64,000 nucleotides of DNA from Armatimonadota bacterium (GTDB lineage: Bacteria > Armatimonadota > SYMT01), in assembly GCA_041690135.1 (NCBI GenBank), contig JAWLHY010000002.1:528342-592341 (forward strand), in the 5' to 3' direction. Position 1 is the stretch's first letter. Every line of letters starts with the position of its first letter. Shown here piece by piece: positions 40,211 to 51,294 of the stretch. The position numbers and the translations under genes were made by a program. The notes beneath the pieces are model-generated. The model had not been told where the DNA came from. It made no database searches and saw only the letters and a list, made by a program, of their open reading frames with translations.

Positions 40211-43075
40211 TCACTGGGAAGGCTCCGGGATGGGCGGGTCGGCGAGGGCGGTGGCGACCTTCTGGACCAGTGCCTCGTGGGTGAACGGCTTTTGAAGAAA
40301 GGCCACGCTTTCCTGGAGCACTCCGTGCTGGAGGACCATTTCATCCGAGTAGCCCGACATGTACACCACGCGCAGCCGGGGATGCAGTTCCACCGCCTGG
40401 CGGGCGAGGTCGCGTCCACTCAGTCCCGGCATCACGACATCCGTCAAGAGGAGGTCGACGGACACCTCGGGACGTTTGAGGATCTCCAGGGCCTGCTCGG
40501 CGCTCTGCGTGTCCAGCACGCGATAGCCTTTCCCTTCCAGGATACTGCGAATCAGGCCCCGGAGCATATCCTCATCTTCCACCACGAGAAGAGTACCCGT
40601 ACGGGACGGCACGGCGGAAAACCCCGTGCCGGCGCCCGGCACCCGCCCCGGTTGATCCGTTTGCGGCAGGTACACGTGGAAGGTGCTTCCCTTCCCCGGC
40701 TCGCTGGTCACGGTGATATGCCCGCCGCTCTGGGTAACGATCCCATAGACCATCGCCAGGCCGAGCCCCGTGCCCTGGCCCGGCGCCTTGGTGGTGAAGA
40801 AGGGCTCGAAGACCCGCGCGAGGGTCGTGGCATCCATTCCGCAGCCGGTATCACTGAGGGATAGCCGCGTATAGCGCCCGGCCGTGACCTCCGCGTGCTG
40901 GGTGGCGTAGGCGGCGCTCAACTCAACGTTCGCGGTGCGGATGAGAATCCGGCCCCCCTCCGGCATCGCGTCCCGGGCATTCACCACCAGGTTCATCAAC
41001 ACCTGGGAGATCTGGCCTGGGTCCGCCTTCACGTGGCCGAGGTCGGCGGTCGGCTCAATGGCCAGTTGGATGTTTTCCCCGATCAACCGGCGGAGCATGC
41101 CGGCCATCCCTTCCACGACCTGGTTGAGATCGAGAACCTGGGGAGAGAGCATGGACTTCCGGCTAAAGGCCAGCAGTTGCCGGGTGAGGGTGGCGGCCCG
41201 GTCGCTGGCTTTCTTGATCTCCTGCAGCCCGGAGTGGGCGAAGGGTTCGAGGCGGTTGCTCTCCAGCAGCAGTTCGCTGTAGCCGGTGATCACGGCCAGC
41301 ATGTTGTTGAAGTCGTGGGCTACTCCGCCGGCCAGCCGGCCCACGGCTTCCATTTTTTGCGACTGCCGGAGTTGCTCTTCCAGCAGCTTTCGGTCGGTGA
41401 TGTCGTGAATCGTCCCTACCAGGCGCAGTGGGCGGCCGGCGGTGTCCCGGACGAACTCGGCCTGTTCACGCACCACGCGCTCGCTACCATCGGGCCGCAC
41501 GACCCGATGCTCGAGATCGACGCGGCGCTCCATTTGCTGTGCGTCGAAGATGCCCGCCCGCACCGCCTCGTGGTCATCCGGATGAACTGCCTGCCAGAAC
41601 AGGTCGCCCGTGGGCGTGTGCTCGGCCGGAGAGAAGCCCAGGATGCGGAAGGTCTCATCGCTCCACTCCAGCGTTCCCCGCTCGAAATCGTATTCCCAAC
41701 TTCCCAGGTGGGCCACCCGTTGAGCATTGGCCAGGCGCGTTTCGCTGCCGCGGAGCGCCTCCTCCGCGCGCTTGTTTTCGATGAGACTCCCCAATAGGGA
41801 ACAGTAGACCGCCGTCACCTCTTGCTGGATGGCGTCTACCGGCGCGCCGGTGCGAGCGGTGTCGTTGAACAGGGCGCCGATGAGCCCCCGCGCGGACTGA
41901 ATCGGGCTGATGGCCAGCCAGCTCCGTTGCGGCAGTTCACGGTAACCCTGGCCATCCCACTCCTTTAGGGGCACCTCCTCCCGCAGGGTCCAGCGCGCTC
42001 CACCATTCCCTCCGTGGGGCAGCAGGGCGTTCCAGTCGACCCCGGTGGTGTAGCGGCAGGCGCGTTCGTCGGTCGTCTTGCCTTCCAGGCTCGTACCGAA
42101 GGTGGGCATGACCAATCGTCCGTGGTCGTCCAGCAGCGAAATACCGCACCGCTCCAGACCGAGATGCTGCCGCGCCAGTTCCACCGCGCGTCGGAGCAGG
42201 CTCTCCAGGTCGGCGCAGGAGAGCAACTCGTCGGCCGCCGCGAGTACGGAGCGCAATCCGGAGACCATCGCCGCCTGGCGCGCTTCCGCCTGTTTGGATG
42301 GCGTGATGTCTACCATCACCCCGCGGAGGCGCTCCGGTCGCCCCTGCGTATCGCGGATCACGTGGACGTTGTTCCGCAGCCATACGGTACGGCCGTCCGC
42401 GGCGATCGCCCGGTGGCGGAACTCCTCGTCGCGACCCGCCTGGGCCGTGGCGCTGTAACCGGCCCAGGCCTGCTCCCGGTCTTCCGGATGGATCAGCCGG
42501 TTCCAGAAGCCGCCGCCCGTCTGCCATTCCGAAACGGGGTAGCCGAGGATCGCCTCGGCTCGGCGGCTGACGAACTGGAAGGCAAACGTCTGGGCATCCG
42601 CCTCCCAGACGATCGCGTCGAGCCCGTCGACCAGGTCGCGGAATCGCTGCTCCGAACGGCGGAGACGGTCCTCATTGCGGCGTCGCTCCACCGCATACCG
42701 GATGGCGCGGTCCAGTATCGGTGCCGAAATCTGGCTCTTCACGAGGTAGTCCGCCGCTCCCGCCCGCATGGCCGCCAGGTCGACCTCCGTATCCCCCTGT
42801 CCGGTAAGGAGAATGAGCGGCGCTTCGCACCCCCGGCCCCGGGCCTCTCGGAGGAGGTCCAGGCCGTCGCGCGCTCCCAGGCGGTAGTCGATCAGGCAGA
42901 CGTCGTGCACTCCGCGCTCGATCGCGCGCAGGCCTTCCTCGAAGGAAGGCGCCCAGTCGAGGTGGATCTGCTCACCCGAGGTTTCAGAGAGGAGCTCCCG
43001 GGTGAGGACGTAATCGTCCTCATCGTCCTCGATCAGCAGCACGCGGATTTCCGGTTTTGCGAGCGAACCCGACAC
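40211..43075 (-). CDS. Hybrid sensor kinase REC-PAS-GAF-PAS-HisKA-HATPase-REC
   Basis: [32 protein letters not shown]; receiver domains at both ends. Confidence 0.93.
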   Translation of the reverse strand: MSGSLAKPEIRVLLIEDDEDDYVLTRELLSETSGEQIHLDWAPSFEEGLRAIERGVHDVCLIDYRLGARDGLDLLREARGRGCEAPLILLTGQGDTEVDLAAMRAGAADYLVKSQISAPILDRAIRYAVERRRNEDRLRRSEQRFRDLVDGLDAIVWEADAQTFAFQFVSRRAEAILGYPVSEWQTGGGFWNRLIHPEDREQAWAGYSATAQAGRDEEFRHRAIAADGRTVWLRNNVHVIRDTQGRPERLRGVMVDITPSKQAEARQAAMVSGLRSVLAAADELLSCADLESLLRRAVELARQHLGLERCGISLLDDHGRLVMPTFGTSLEGKTTDERACRYTTGVDWNALLPHGGNGGARWTLREEVPLKEWDGQGYRELPQRSWLAISPIQSARGLIGALFNDTARTGAPVDAIQQEVTAVYCSLLGSLIENKRAEEALRGSETRLANAQRVAHLGSWEYDFERGTLEWSDETFRILGFSPAEHTPTGDLFWQAVHPDDHEAVRAGIFDAQQMERRVDLEHRVVRPDGSERVVREQAEFVRDTAGRPLRLVGTIHDITDRKLLEEQLRQSQKMEAVGRLAGGVAHDFNNMLAVITGYSELLLESNRLEPFAHSGLQEIKKASDRAATLTRQLLAFSRKSMLSPQVLDLNQVVEGMAGMLRRLIGENIQLAIEPTADLGHVKADPGQISQVLMNLVVNARDAMPEGGRILIRTANVELSAAYATQHAEVTAGRYTRLSLSDTGCGMDATTLARVFEPFFTTKAPGQGTGLGLAMVYGIVTQSGGHITVTSEPGKGSTFHVYLPQTDQPGRVPGAGTGFSAVPSRTGTLLVVEDEDMLRGLIRSILEGKGYRVLDTQSAEQALEILKRPEVSVDLLLTDVVMPGLSGRDLARQAVELHPRLRVVYMSGYSDEMVLQHGVLQESVAFLQKPFTHEALVQKVATALADPPIPEPSQ

Positions 43076-43076
43076 C

Positions 43077-43565
43077 TCAGCCTCCGTGAGCCGGCTCGCC
43101 CGAAGGCGCCGCCTGCGCGTGCGGAGGGAGTTCTACGATCTCGAACCAGTAGCGTCCCAGCGCCCGCATCACCTCGACCAGGCCGTCGAAGGTGACCGGC
43201 TTGGTGATGAAGGAGTTCACGCCCAGCTCATAGGTTCGCAGGATATCTTCCTCTGCTTTGGATGTGGTCAGCACCACGATCGGGATCAGGCGCAACTCCG
43301 GATGTTCCTTGATCTCGCGTAGCGCCTCGCGACCGTCCTTGCGCGGCATGTTCAGGTCGAGCAGGATCAGGCCGGGGCGCGGCGCGGCTCCCGGCTCGGC
43401 GTACTGCCCGCGTTGAAAGAGATAGTCCAGCAATTGCTCGCCGTCTTCCACAAAGCGGAGGTCATTGGCCAACCGGTTTTCTTCCAGCGCATCTTTCGCC
43501 AGCATGCGGTCATCTGCATCGTCATCGGCAAGCAGGATCGTGATCGGCCTTCCATGCAAATCCAC
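43077..43565 (-). CDS. Single-domain response regulator (Rcp1-like)
   Basis: ILLADDD, LLDLNMP, VLTTS, FITKP, YWF; GTG overlapping the upstream stop. Confidence 0.92.
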   Translation of the reverse strand: MDLHGRPITILLADDDADDRMLAKDALEENRLANDLRFVEDGEQLLDYLFQRGQYAEPGAAPRPGLILLDLNMPRKDGREALREIKEHPELRLIPIVVLTTSKAEEDILRTYELGVNSFITKPVTFDGLVEVMRALGRYWFEIVELPPHAQAAPSGEPAHGG

Positions 43566-46500
43566 TAGCAATTCTCCTGGTACTTCTCGCGCTGCGGAAC
43601 GGTGATAATGAACGTGGCCCCCTCGCCGGGACGGCTGGTGGCGGTGATCTCCCAACCGTGGCGTTCGACGATCTTGCGGCAGATCGCGAGGCCGATGCCG
43701 GTGCCGGCGTATTCATGGCGGCCGTGGAGGCGTTGGAAGGGGGTGAAGATGCGGGAGAGGTACTTTTCGTCGAAGCCGATCCCGTTGTCTTCGATCCGGA
43801 TCTGCAGCCCGTCCGATTCCCCGTGCCCGGGGTCGACGCGGGGGCGGCAACTGATACGCACCCGCGGAGCCGTCCCCTCCTGCCGGAACTTCAGCGCGTT
43901 GCCGATGAGGTTCTGCAGCAACTGCCGCATCTGGGTCGGGTCCGCCTCCACCGTGGGCAGCGGCTCCAGTTCCACGCTGGCCCCGGACTGTTCCACGGCG
44001 GCCTCCAGGTCCGTCAGCACTTCCCGGGCGATCCGTCCCAGATCGGTAGGAGCGAGCGGCTGGGCGCGCGTGGTGATGCGGGAAAACGCGAGCAGATCGT
44101 TGATCAGCGTTTGCATCCGGCTGGCGGCACCCTGCATACGCTCCAGGTAATCGTTCCCCGCGTCGTTCAACTGGTCGCCGCACTTCACCTTGAGCCGGTC
44201 GCCGAACATCAGGATCTTCCGCAGGGGCTCCTGGAGGTCGTGGGAAGCCACGTAGGCGAAGTCCTGCAGCTCCCGGTTGGTTTGCTCCAACTGCGCCGCG
44301 AACGTCTGCAGCTTCTCTTCGGCCTGGCGCCGCTCGTGCGACTGAATCGCCAGCGCCACCAGGTCCGCGGCCGAGCCCGCGAAGTTGATCTCTTCCAGCG
44401 ACCACCGACGCGGGGAGCCGGTATGTTCCAGGCAGAGCACGCCCCGGAGTTCTCCGCCGACGCGGATCGGCGCGTCGAGCATGGCTGTCACGCCCAGGGG
44501 TTCGAGGTAGGCGGAGGTGAACTCCCGCGTGCGAGGGTCGTGTTGTGCCTCATGCGCGTCGATCACGCGCCCCCGCTCCAGCGCGGCGAAGTAGAGGGGA
44601 TAGTCGCTCGCCAGCACCGCCAGACCTCCGCTGTGGCGCCGCAGTTCCCGCTCGTAGAGATTGGCGCAGCGCAGGCCGGTCCGGTCCTCGTTGAACAGCC
44701 AGATGGCCGCGCGATCGACCTGGAGCGTGAGGGAGGCGGCTTCCGCGATTTCCCGCATGCCCGCGGAGAGCTCTCCGGCCCAGAGCGTTTTGCTGCGGGT
44801 GAGGTCCTCGAACATCTGATTCTGCGCCCGCAAGCGCCGCTCGCTCTCCTCCAGCGCGAGTTGGGCGCGCTTCCGCTCGCTGATGTCGGTAAACAGGCCC
44901 AGCACGCCGACCACCTCGCCCGCATCGCTGAACACGGGCGCCTTCACCACCTCCACGAACCGCTCCTCGCCCTGGAGCACGTTCCGCTCTTCCAACGTCT
45001 CCGCGCGTCCCGTGTCCATCACGCGCCGGTCGTCCGCGCGGTACTTGTACGCCAGTTCCGGGGGGAAGAAATCGTGGTCCGTCTTCCCGACGACCTCGCT
45101 GGGGCCGACCCCCAGGTCGGCGGCGAAACGCGGGTTGACGGAGACGAACACGGAGTCCCGGTTCTTGAAGAACACCCGCTGCGGCAGGGCCTCGATCAGC
45201 GTGCGGTAGCGCTCCTCTCGCACCCGCAGGGCCTCTTCCACTTGCTTACGGGCGGTAATGTCGAGGACGGTGCCCACGAACTTCTCGGGTCGGCCGGAGG
45301 CGTCGTGCCGCAGTTCACCCCGCTCCTGAACCCAACGCTCTTCCCCATTACGGCGGCAGATGCGGTGTTCCACCTGGTAAGGGTGTCCGTAATGGATGGC
45401 CGCCTGGATGGCGCGACCCACCCGAGCCCGGTCCGCGGGATGGATGAGGCTCATGAACAGGGTGCGGGAGGCGCGCACCTCCTCCGGGTCGAATCCGAAG
45501 ATCCGGTAAGCCTGATCGCTCCAGTAAAGCGAGTTGGAGGCCAGGTCCACTTCCCAGTTGCCCAGGCGCGCGATCCGCTGCGCCTCCTCCAACCGGGCTT
45601 CCGAAAGGGCATGCGCCTCCTCGGCCTGCTTGCGCTTGGTAACGTCCGTGCAGACGCCAACTACGCGCCAGCGCCCGGAGCCGAGCGCCTCGATCCGGGC
45701 GTCTTCGTAGAGCCAGCGGACGCGGCCGTCGGCCAGGCGGATGCGGAACTCGTGAGTGTATCCCGGCGCCGCTGCCCGGATCGCTTCGTTGCCGATGCGG
45801 GCAATGCGTTCCTTATCCTCGGGGAGCTTGCTGTCGTACCACGCATCCGAGAACCGCTGCCCCGGTCGCTTGCGGAGGGGGAAGAACTGCTCGGCGGCCG
45901 TTTCGTTGGTGACGAACAGGTCCCACTCGAGCCCGCTGGGAGCAGCCGGGTCCTCGTAGACGTCGGCGCTCCAGAGCAGACACCGGACGCCCGTGAGCAC
46001 GTGCGAAAGCTGCTCTTCCGCCAGGCGTTGCTGCGTGACATCGCGCGAGATACCGGAGAGGCCGACGATCCGCCCCTCTGGGTCGACCACCGGGACCTTG
46101 GTCGTGAGCAGCCAGCGCCGGGAGCCATCCGCAGTGCGGAGCGGTTCCAGCTTGTTGACGACAGTTTCCCCCTCCAGCACCCGGCGTTCGTCCGCCTGGT
46201 AGGCTGCGGCCAGGTCCTCGGGAAAGAACTCCCCATCGGTGCGGCCGACCGCCTGGTCGGGCGACTCCAGCCCGAGGATGGCCGCCTGCGCCCGGTTGAT
46301 GCGGATGAAGCGGGACTCCCTGTCTTTGAAGTAGATCAGGTCCGGGATCGTTTCCAGCAGCGCCTGCAGCAGGCTGCGCTCGTGGGCCACTTCACCTTCG
46401 GCCCGGATCCGGTCGGTGACTTCCTGCGTGAGTCCGTAGATTGTCCCGTGGTGCCCCCCAACTCCGGGAATCGGCCGCACCACGTCCCGCACCCACACGG

Positions 46501-46834
46501 TGCTCCCATCTGACCGGAGCATGCGGTAATCGACCTGGAACTCCCGGCCCGCCGCAATCCGTTCCGCACAGTACTCCGGAGTCCAGCCGCGGTCTTCCGG
46601 ATGAAGTTGCTCGCGCCAGAAGTCCGCCTGTTCCCCCCAGTCCGCCGCGGGCACCCCCAGCAGTGCCTCTGCATTGGGGCTGACGAAGGAGTAGCGCCTG
46701 CGCTCTGGGTCCGCCTCCCAGTACACGATCCCTAACCGGTACACCAGGTCGAGGGGCCGTTCCACGGTGGAACACCCCCTGCCGGGTGCCCGGCCGGACG
46801 CGGCGGATGGCGTCGGTTCGTCCTGAGTGTCCAT
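43565..46834 (-). CDS. Multi-PAS/GAF sensor histidine kinase
   Basis: About five PAS/PAC modules, a GAF domain, FAYVASHDLQEPLRK, GTGIGLAIC. Confidence 0.93.
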   Translation of the reverse strand: MDTQDEPTPSAASGRAPGRGCSTVERPLDLVYRLGIVYWEADPERRRYSFVSPNAEALLGVPAADWGEQADFWREQLHPEDRGWTPEYCAERIAAGREFQVDYRMLRSDGSTVWVRDVVRPIPGVGGHHGTIYGLTQEVTDRIRAEGEVAHERSLLQALLETIPDLIYFKDRESRFIRINRAQAAILGLESPDQAVGRTDGEFFPEDLAAAYQADERRVLEGETVVNKLEPLRTADGSRRWLLTTKVPVVDPEGRIVGLSGISRDVTQQRLAEEQLSHVLTGVRCLLWSADVYEDPAAPSGLEWDLFVTNETAAEQFFPLRKRPGQRFSDAWYDSKLPEDKERIARIGNEAIRAAAPGYTHEFRIRLADGRVRWLYEDARIEALGSGRWRVVGVCTDVTKRKQAEEAHALSEARLEEAQRIARLGNWEVDLASNSLYWSDQAYRIFGFDPEEVRASRTLFMSLIHPADRARVGRAIQAAIHYGHPYQVEHRICRRNGEERWVQERGELRHDASGRPEKFVGTVLDITARKQVEEALRVREERYRTLIEALPQRVFFKNRDSVFVSVNPRFAADLGVGPSEVVGKTDHDFFPPELAYKYRADDRRVMDTGRAETLEERNVLQGEERFVEVVKAPVFSDAGEVVGVLGLFTDISERKRAQLALEESERRLRAQNQMFEDLTRSKTLWAGELSAGMREIAEAASLTLQVDRAAIWLFNEDRTGLRCANLYERELRRHSGGLAVLASDYPLYFAALERGRVIDAHEAQHDPRTREFTSAYLEPLGVTAMLDAPIRVGGELRGVLCLEHTGSPRRWSLEEINFAGSAADLVALAIQSHERRQAEEKLQTFAAQLEQTNRELQDFAYVASHDLQEPLRKILMFGDRLKVKCGDQLNDAGNDYLERMQGAASRMQTLINDLLAFSRITTRAQPLAPTDLGRIAREVLTDLEAAVEQSGASVELEPLPTVEADPTQMRQLLQNLIGNALKFRQEGTAPRVRISCRPRVDPGHGESDGLQIRIEDNGIGFDEKYLSRIFTPFQRLHGRHEYAGTGIGLAICRKIVERHGWEITATSRPGEGATFIITVPQREKYQENC

Positions 46835-47152
46835 CGAAAGCGTTCCCTACCGTAGCGGCTCCTACTGTGGCCGGTTCCCAAGTAATTACATTTCTCCGGG
46901 AACTCGGAATCTCCTTGCTCGCTTGTTTTCAAAACATGCGTGGAGTGGAGCCGCCAGCAGGAAACCGGGGACGTTTATCCCACACGGTGCAAGGCACGCG
47001 CCTCCAGCCGGGCATGAGTATGGCCGGCTTGGAAGATCTTCCCCACCCTTGCGTCATCACGCGCTTCGCTGGTGCGGGGGCCAGCCCGGCCGCACTCTTC
47101 CACAGACACGGACAGCATCGGACCACGAAGACGTCCGGAGAGCGGAGGCCCG

Positions 47153-47275
47153 CTAGCTGCGGCGGCGTCGGAGGACGGCGACCGCGCCCAGTGCGGGCAA
47201 GAGGAGCAGCATCGAGCCGGGTTCGGGCACAGCGCTGGGTTCGATGTCCGAACCCGTAGGTTGCCTGCGCTTCAC
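47153..47275 (-). pseudogene. Orphan PEP-CTERM sorting signal (40-aa mini-ORF or gene remnant)
   Basis: Translates VKRRQPTGSDIEPSAVPEPGSMLLLLPALGAVAVLRRRRS*; GTG overlaps the kinase TGA; too short for the ORF track. Confidence 0.7.
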
Positions 47276-49827
47276 CCGCCGTTCTCTAGCAACTGCTTCA
47301 GGTGATTTGGGTCCACCGGCTTGGTCAGGTGGTGATGGAACCCCGCCTCCAGCGAGCGCCGGCGGTCTTCCGGCTGGCCGTAGCCACTCAGAGCCACCAG
47401 CAGCGGAACGTCGGGGTTCTTCTGGGTTTCGGGAGCCGGCTTGTGGCCTGGCGTGGAGGGCGCCCTTCGGGGCGCGGCCGTGGCCGCGCCGGAGGGTGCC
47501 CTCCCGGTTTTGGCGCCTTGGCGGGGATTCCCGGCGTTGCTAACGCATGGGTCGGCGACCTCCGCGGATGGGTGCTCTCCTCCCGCGCCGTTCGCGGCCC
47601 CGGCCCGCAGCCGGCGAGCCACCTGGTAGCCATCCAGCGTCGGCAGTCCGATGTCGAGCAGCACGACGTCCGGACGATAGTCGCGGGCCGCTTCCAGGGC
47701 GTCGGGGCCGTCCAGGGCCACATGTACCTCGTGGCCCCACAGTTCCAGCAACTCCGCCAGGGTCTGCGCGGCGTCCACGTTGTCGTCCACCACCAGCACC
47801 CGCCGCTTGCCGGGGGCCGCCGTCCGGCGCTCGGGGTGGGTCTCGCGGGGAGGTTCTCTCCCGGGCCTCTCCCCGGCGGACGTGCCGAGGCTCTCCTCGA
47901 AGGGTTCCGCGGCATCATCGAGCGGCAGGTGGACGGTAAACTCGCTGCCGGCGCCGTGGCCCTCGCTGGATACGGAGATGGTGCCGCCGTGCTTCTCCAC
48001 CAGAGCCTTCACCAGGCTCAGGCCAATCCCCAGTCCGCCCTGGGCCCGGTCCAGCGAGCGGCTTGATTGCGTAAAGAGATCGAAGATCCGGGCTTGGAGT
48101 TCGGTGGGGATCCCTACGCCCGTGTCCCGGACCCGGATGGCAACCCCCCGCCTGGGTGTGGACCTGACCGGCATGCCGGCCTCCGTCGTGGGTTGCGGCT
48201 CGACGGGTGGCGTCGGCGCTTCGTCCGTCACCGTCGCATCCAACCAGATCCGGCCGCCGGGATCCGTGTATTTTGCGGCGTTATTGAGCAGGTTGGAGAG
48301 TACCTGCTCCAGGCGCGTCGGGTCAGCCCGGAGCGGGATCTCGCCCTCGGGCAGTTCCAGGGACAGCACCTGCTGCCGCGATTCGATCAGCGGGCGGGTG
48401 GTCTCCACGGCCCCGGCAATCGCCTGGGCCAGGTTCACCCGGCCCATCCGAAGATCGACCCGTCCCTGGGTAATCCGGGAGACGTCCAGCAGGTCGTCGA
48501 CCAGGCGCGAGAGATGGTGGGTCTGGCGGGAGATGATCGATTGGAGGCGGCTACTGCGGTGCGGGTCTGCCGCTCCCCCTTGCTCCAGGGAGTACGCCGC
48601 GGACGAGATGGCGGCGAGCGGGTTGCGGAGTTCGTGCGCCAGCATGGCGAGGAACTCATCTTTGCGGCGACCCGCTTCCTCCACCTCATGGAACAGGCGG
48701 GCGTTGTCGATGGCGGCGGCCGCCCGCCGGGCGAGGTCCTCGGCCAGCCCCAGGTCTTCCTGCGTGTAGGTATGCCCGGCATCGCAGGTGCCCAGCGTGA
48801 TCACGCCCAGCTTGTGCCCGCGCGCCTCCAACGGCACCACCAGGTACGAGTGGGGGCCGAGGTCGCGCATGATTTCCAGGTGGGCTTCATCCAGCGCGGC
48901 GTTCCGCAGCCAGGTCTCGTCGACCCGCTCCACCAGTTCGGAGCGGCCCGTGCGCAGCACGCGCGCCGCCGGTTGCGGCGAGTCCAGCAGCGGAATGTAT
49001 TCTTCCTGCAGCCGGTTGAGCAATGCGTTCTTACGCGGATCGGCGTGGGTCGAAGTGGCCCGCCGGATCTCTCCCTCCGGGGTCACCAGGTCCACGATGC
49101 AGAAGTCTGCCAGGTACGGGACCGCCAGTTCGGCCACTCGTGCCAACGTGGTCGCGTAGTCCAGCGAACTGGCCAGGATCGCGCTGGCCTGCCCCAGGAA
49201 CAGGAGCCGCTGCTGGACCGCCTCGGCGCGCGCGCGTGCCGTCTGTTCCAGTTCCAGCAGGCGCTGGCGTTCCCGCTCCGCTCGCTCTCGCTCCGTGATC
49301 TCCCGGCGGAGAGCCCGGTTGGCTTTTTCCAATTCTGCCGTGCGTTCGGTTACGCGGCGCTCCAGGTCCGCGTTGAGGTGGCGGACTTGCTCCTCGGCCT
49401 CCCGGCGCTGGGCCGTCTCCTCCTGGAGTTGGCGGGTCTTCTTCGCCATCTCAACGAAGGCGGAGACCTTGGCCCGCAGCACTTCCGGGTCGAACGGCTT
49501 GAAGACGTAGTCCACCGCCCCCACGGAGTAAGCCCGGCTCACATACGCTTCTTGCTTGCTGTACGCGGTCAGGAACACGATGGGGGTGTGGGCGGAACGG
49601 GTCCGCTCCCGGATCAGGGCCGCCGTTTCGAAGCCGTCCATCTCCGGCATCTTCACGTCCAGCAGGATGACGGCGAACTCTTCATCCAACAGGCGACGCA
49701 GCGCTTCACGCCCGGAAGTGGCCGTAACCAGGTTCTGGCCCAGGTCTTCCAGGACGGCTTCCAGGGCGACGAGGTTCTCGGGCTGGTCGTCGACCAGTAG
49801 GATGCTGACGCGGGAGTCAGGCTGCAT
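47272..49827 (-). CDS. Hybrid sensor kinase REC-GAF-HisKA-HATPase-REC
   Basis: ILLVDDQPEN, FLAMLAHELRNPL, GGLGIGL; C-terminal receiver with a low-complexity insertion. Confidence 0.92.
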   Translation of the reverse strand: MQPDSRVSILLVDDQPENLVALEAVLEDLGQNLVTATSGREALRRLLDEEFAVILLDVKMPEMDGFETAALIRERTRSAHTPIVFLTAYSKQEAYVSRAYSVGAVDYVFKPFDPEVLRAKVSAFVEMAKKTRQLQEETAQRREAEEQVRHLNADLERRVTERTAELEKANRALRREITERERAERERQRLLELEQTARARAEAVQQRLLFLGQASAILASSLDYATTLARVAELAVPYLADFCIVDLVTPEGEIRRATSTHADPRKNALLNRLQEEYIPLLDSPQPAARVLRTGRSELVERVDETWLRNAALDEAHLEIMRDLGPHSYLVVPLEARGHKLGVITLGTCDAGHTYTQEDLGLAEDLARRAAAAIDNARLFHEVEEAGRRKDEFLAMLAHELRNPLAAISSAAYSLEQGGAADPHRSSRLQSIISRQTHHLSRLVDDLLDVSRITQGRVDLRMGRVNLAQAIAGAVETTRPLIESRQQVLSLELPEGEIPLRADPTRLEQVLSNLLNNAAKYTDPGGRIWLDATVTDEAPTPPVEPQPTTEAGMPVRSTPRRGVAIRVRDTGVGIPTELQARIFDLFTQSSRSLDRAQGGLGIGLSLVKALVEKHGGTISVSSEGHGAGSEFTVHLPLDDAAEPFEESLGTSAGERPGREPPRETHPERRTAAPGKRRVLVVDDNVDAAQTLAELLELWGHEVHVALDGPDALEAARDYRPDVVLLDIGLPTLDGYQVARRLRAGAANGAGGEHPSAEVADPCVSNAGNPRQGAKTGRAPSGAATAAPRRAPSTPGHKPAPETQKNPDVPLLVALSGYGQPEDRRRSLEAGFHHHLTKPVDPNHLKQLLENGG

Positions 49828-50404
49828 CGCCGGGCCTCACGTTTGTGGCGGTCAGTTGGAGCAGGAAGGGAGCGATGCCGGAGAGGGGAAGGACCCGGTC
49901 GGCACAGCCGGACTGGATGGCGGCCTGGGGCATCACGGCACATTCCGCGGTGGCCGGGTCTTGCACTACCACGAAACCGCCGTGTTGCTTCACGTAGGTC
50001 GCACCTCGGGCGCCGTCGTCGCTGGCGCCGGTGAGCACCACGGCAATCAAGCGGTCGCGATAATTATCCGCGGCGGATTCGAAAAGCACGTCGATGGATG
50101 GGCGGGAGTGGCGCACGGCACCCTCGGTCGAAAGCGCGAAGCTGTGGTCCTCTACCAGCAGGTGGTAATCGGCGGGGGCGAGGTACACGCGACCCGCCTC
50201 GATTGCCTGCTTATCCTGGGGCTCCACCACCCGCAAGGGGGTGTGTCGCTGGATGGCGGCGCGGAGTGGGTCGCCGGACTGGGCGCTGCGGTGGAGCACC
50301 ACCGCGACGGGCAGCGGATACCCGGCCGGCAGGCCGTTCAGGATTGTCTCCACTGCAATCAGCCCCCCCAGGGAAGCCCCGACCACCACGAGTTCGTAAC
50401 TCAC
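49817..50404 (-). CDS. cheB: CheB-type methylesterase (no receiver domain)
   Basis: GASLGG, VLH, RPSIDVLF, LTGASDDGA. Confidence 0.92.
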   Translation of the reverse strand: MSYELVVVGASLGGLIAVETILNGLPAGYPLPVAVVLHRSAQSGDPLRAAIQRHTPLRVVEPQDKQAIEAGRVYLAPADYHLLVEDHSFALSTEGAVRHSRPSIDVLFESAADNYRDRLIAVVLTGASDDGARGATYVKQHGGFVVVQDPATAECAVMPQAAIQSGCADRVLPLSGIAPFLLQLTATNVRPGDAA

Positions 50405-51294
50405 TAGCGGAACCTTCGATAGAGCTTTACGCCCGGCTCCAATTGCTCGTACTCCTTTTCATGCGGGGTGAACTGCAGCGATTCCTTCGCTCCCAGCCCC
50501 AGGATTCCGAAAGTGGCCAGGCTATCAAAGATGAGGTTGTGGACCCGGTATTGCAGCGTCTTGTTGAAGTAGATCATCACGTTGCGGCACAGGACGACGT
50601 TGAACTCGTTGAAACTTCCGTCGATGGCCAGATTGTGCTGCGAGAACAGGATGTTCTCCCTCAACGAGGCGCGGAAAATGGCACTCCCATAAGCGGAATT
50701 ATAGTACTCCGCCAGGGGGCGCGTTCCGCCCGCCAGCCGGTGATTTCTTTCGGCAGCGGCCATTTGCTCCAGCGGGAAAATACCCTCTCGCGCCTGCCGG
50801 AGAACCAGTTCGTTCATATCTGTCGCATAGATCCGGCTGCGCTCGTAAAGACCCTCCTCCTGGAGCAGGATGGCCATGGAGTAGACCTCCTCTCCCGTCG
50901 AGCAGCCTGCGTGCCACAGGCGCAAGAACGGGTACGTGCGCAGTTGCGGAATCACCTTGCGCCGGAACGCCAGGAAGAACTCCGGGTCCCGGAACATGGA
51001 GGTAACGTTGACCGAAACCGCCAGCAGGAACCGCTCCAGGCATTCCGGGTCGTGCAGCAGGCGTTCCTGAAGCCCCGAAATACTGGTGAGACCCTCTTCG
51101 CGGATCACGTTCCACACGCGCCTCCGTAACGAGGCCATCGCGTAGTCCCGGAAGTCATAGCCGTAATGGCTGTAGATCGCCTCCAGCAGCAGGCGTAGCT
51201 CGAGGTCCTCTCTCGGCCCCGCCGGGAGGGGTTGACCGTCCGACCCCTCTGCGCGCCCATCCACTGTGCTGTCGTTCACCGCTTCCACGCTCAT
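50404..51294 (-). CDS. cheR: CheR-type protein-glutamate O-methyltransferase
   Basis: YGYDFRDY, MFRDP, WHAGCSTGEEVYS, CRNVMIYF. Confidence 0.93.
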   Translation of the reverse strand: MSVEAVNDSTVDGRAEGSDGQPLPAGPREDLELRLLLEAIYSHYGYDFRDYAMASLRRRVWNVIREEGLTSISGLQERLLHDPECLERFLLAVSVNVTSMFRDPEFFLAFRRKVIPQLRTYPFLRLWHAGCSTGEEVYSMAILLQEEGLYERSRIYATDMNELVLRQAREGIFPLEQMAAAERNHRLAGGTRPLAEYYNSAYGSAIFRASLRENILFSQHNLAIDGSFNEFNVVLCRNVMIYFNKTLQYRVHNLIFDSLATFGILGLGAKESLQFTPHEKEYEQLEPGVKLYRRFR

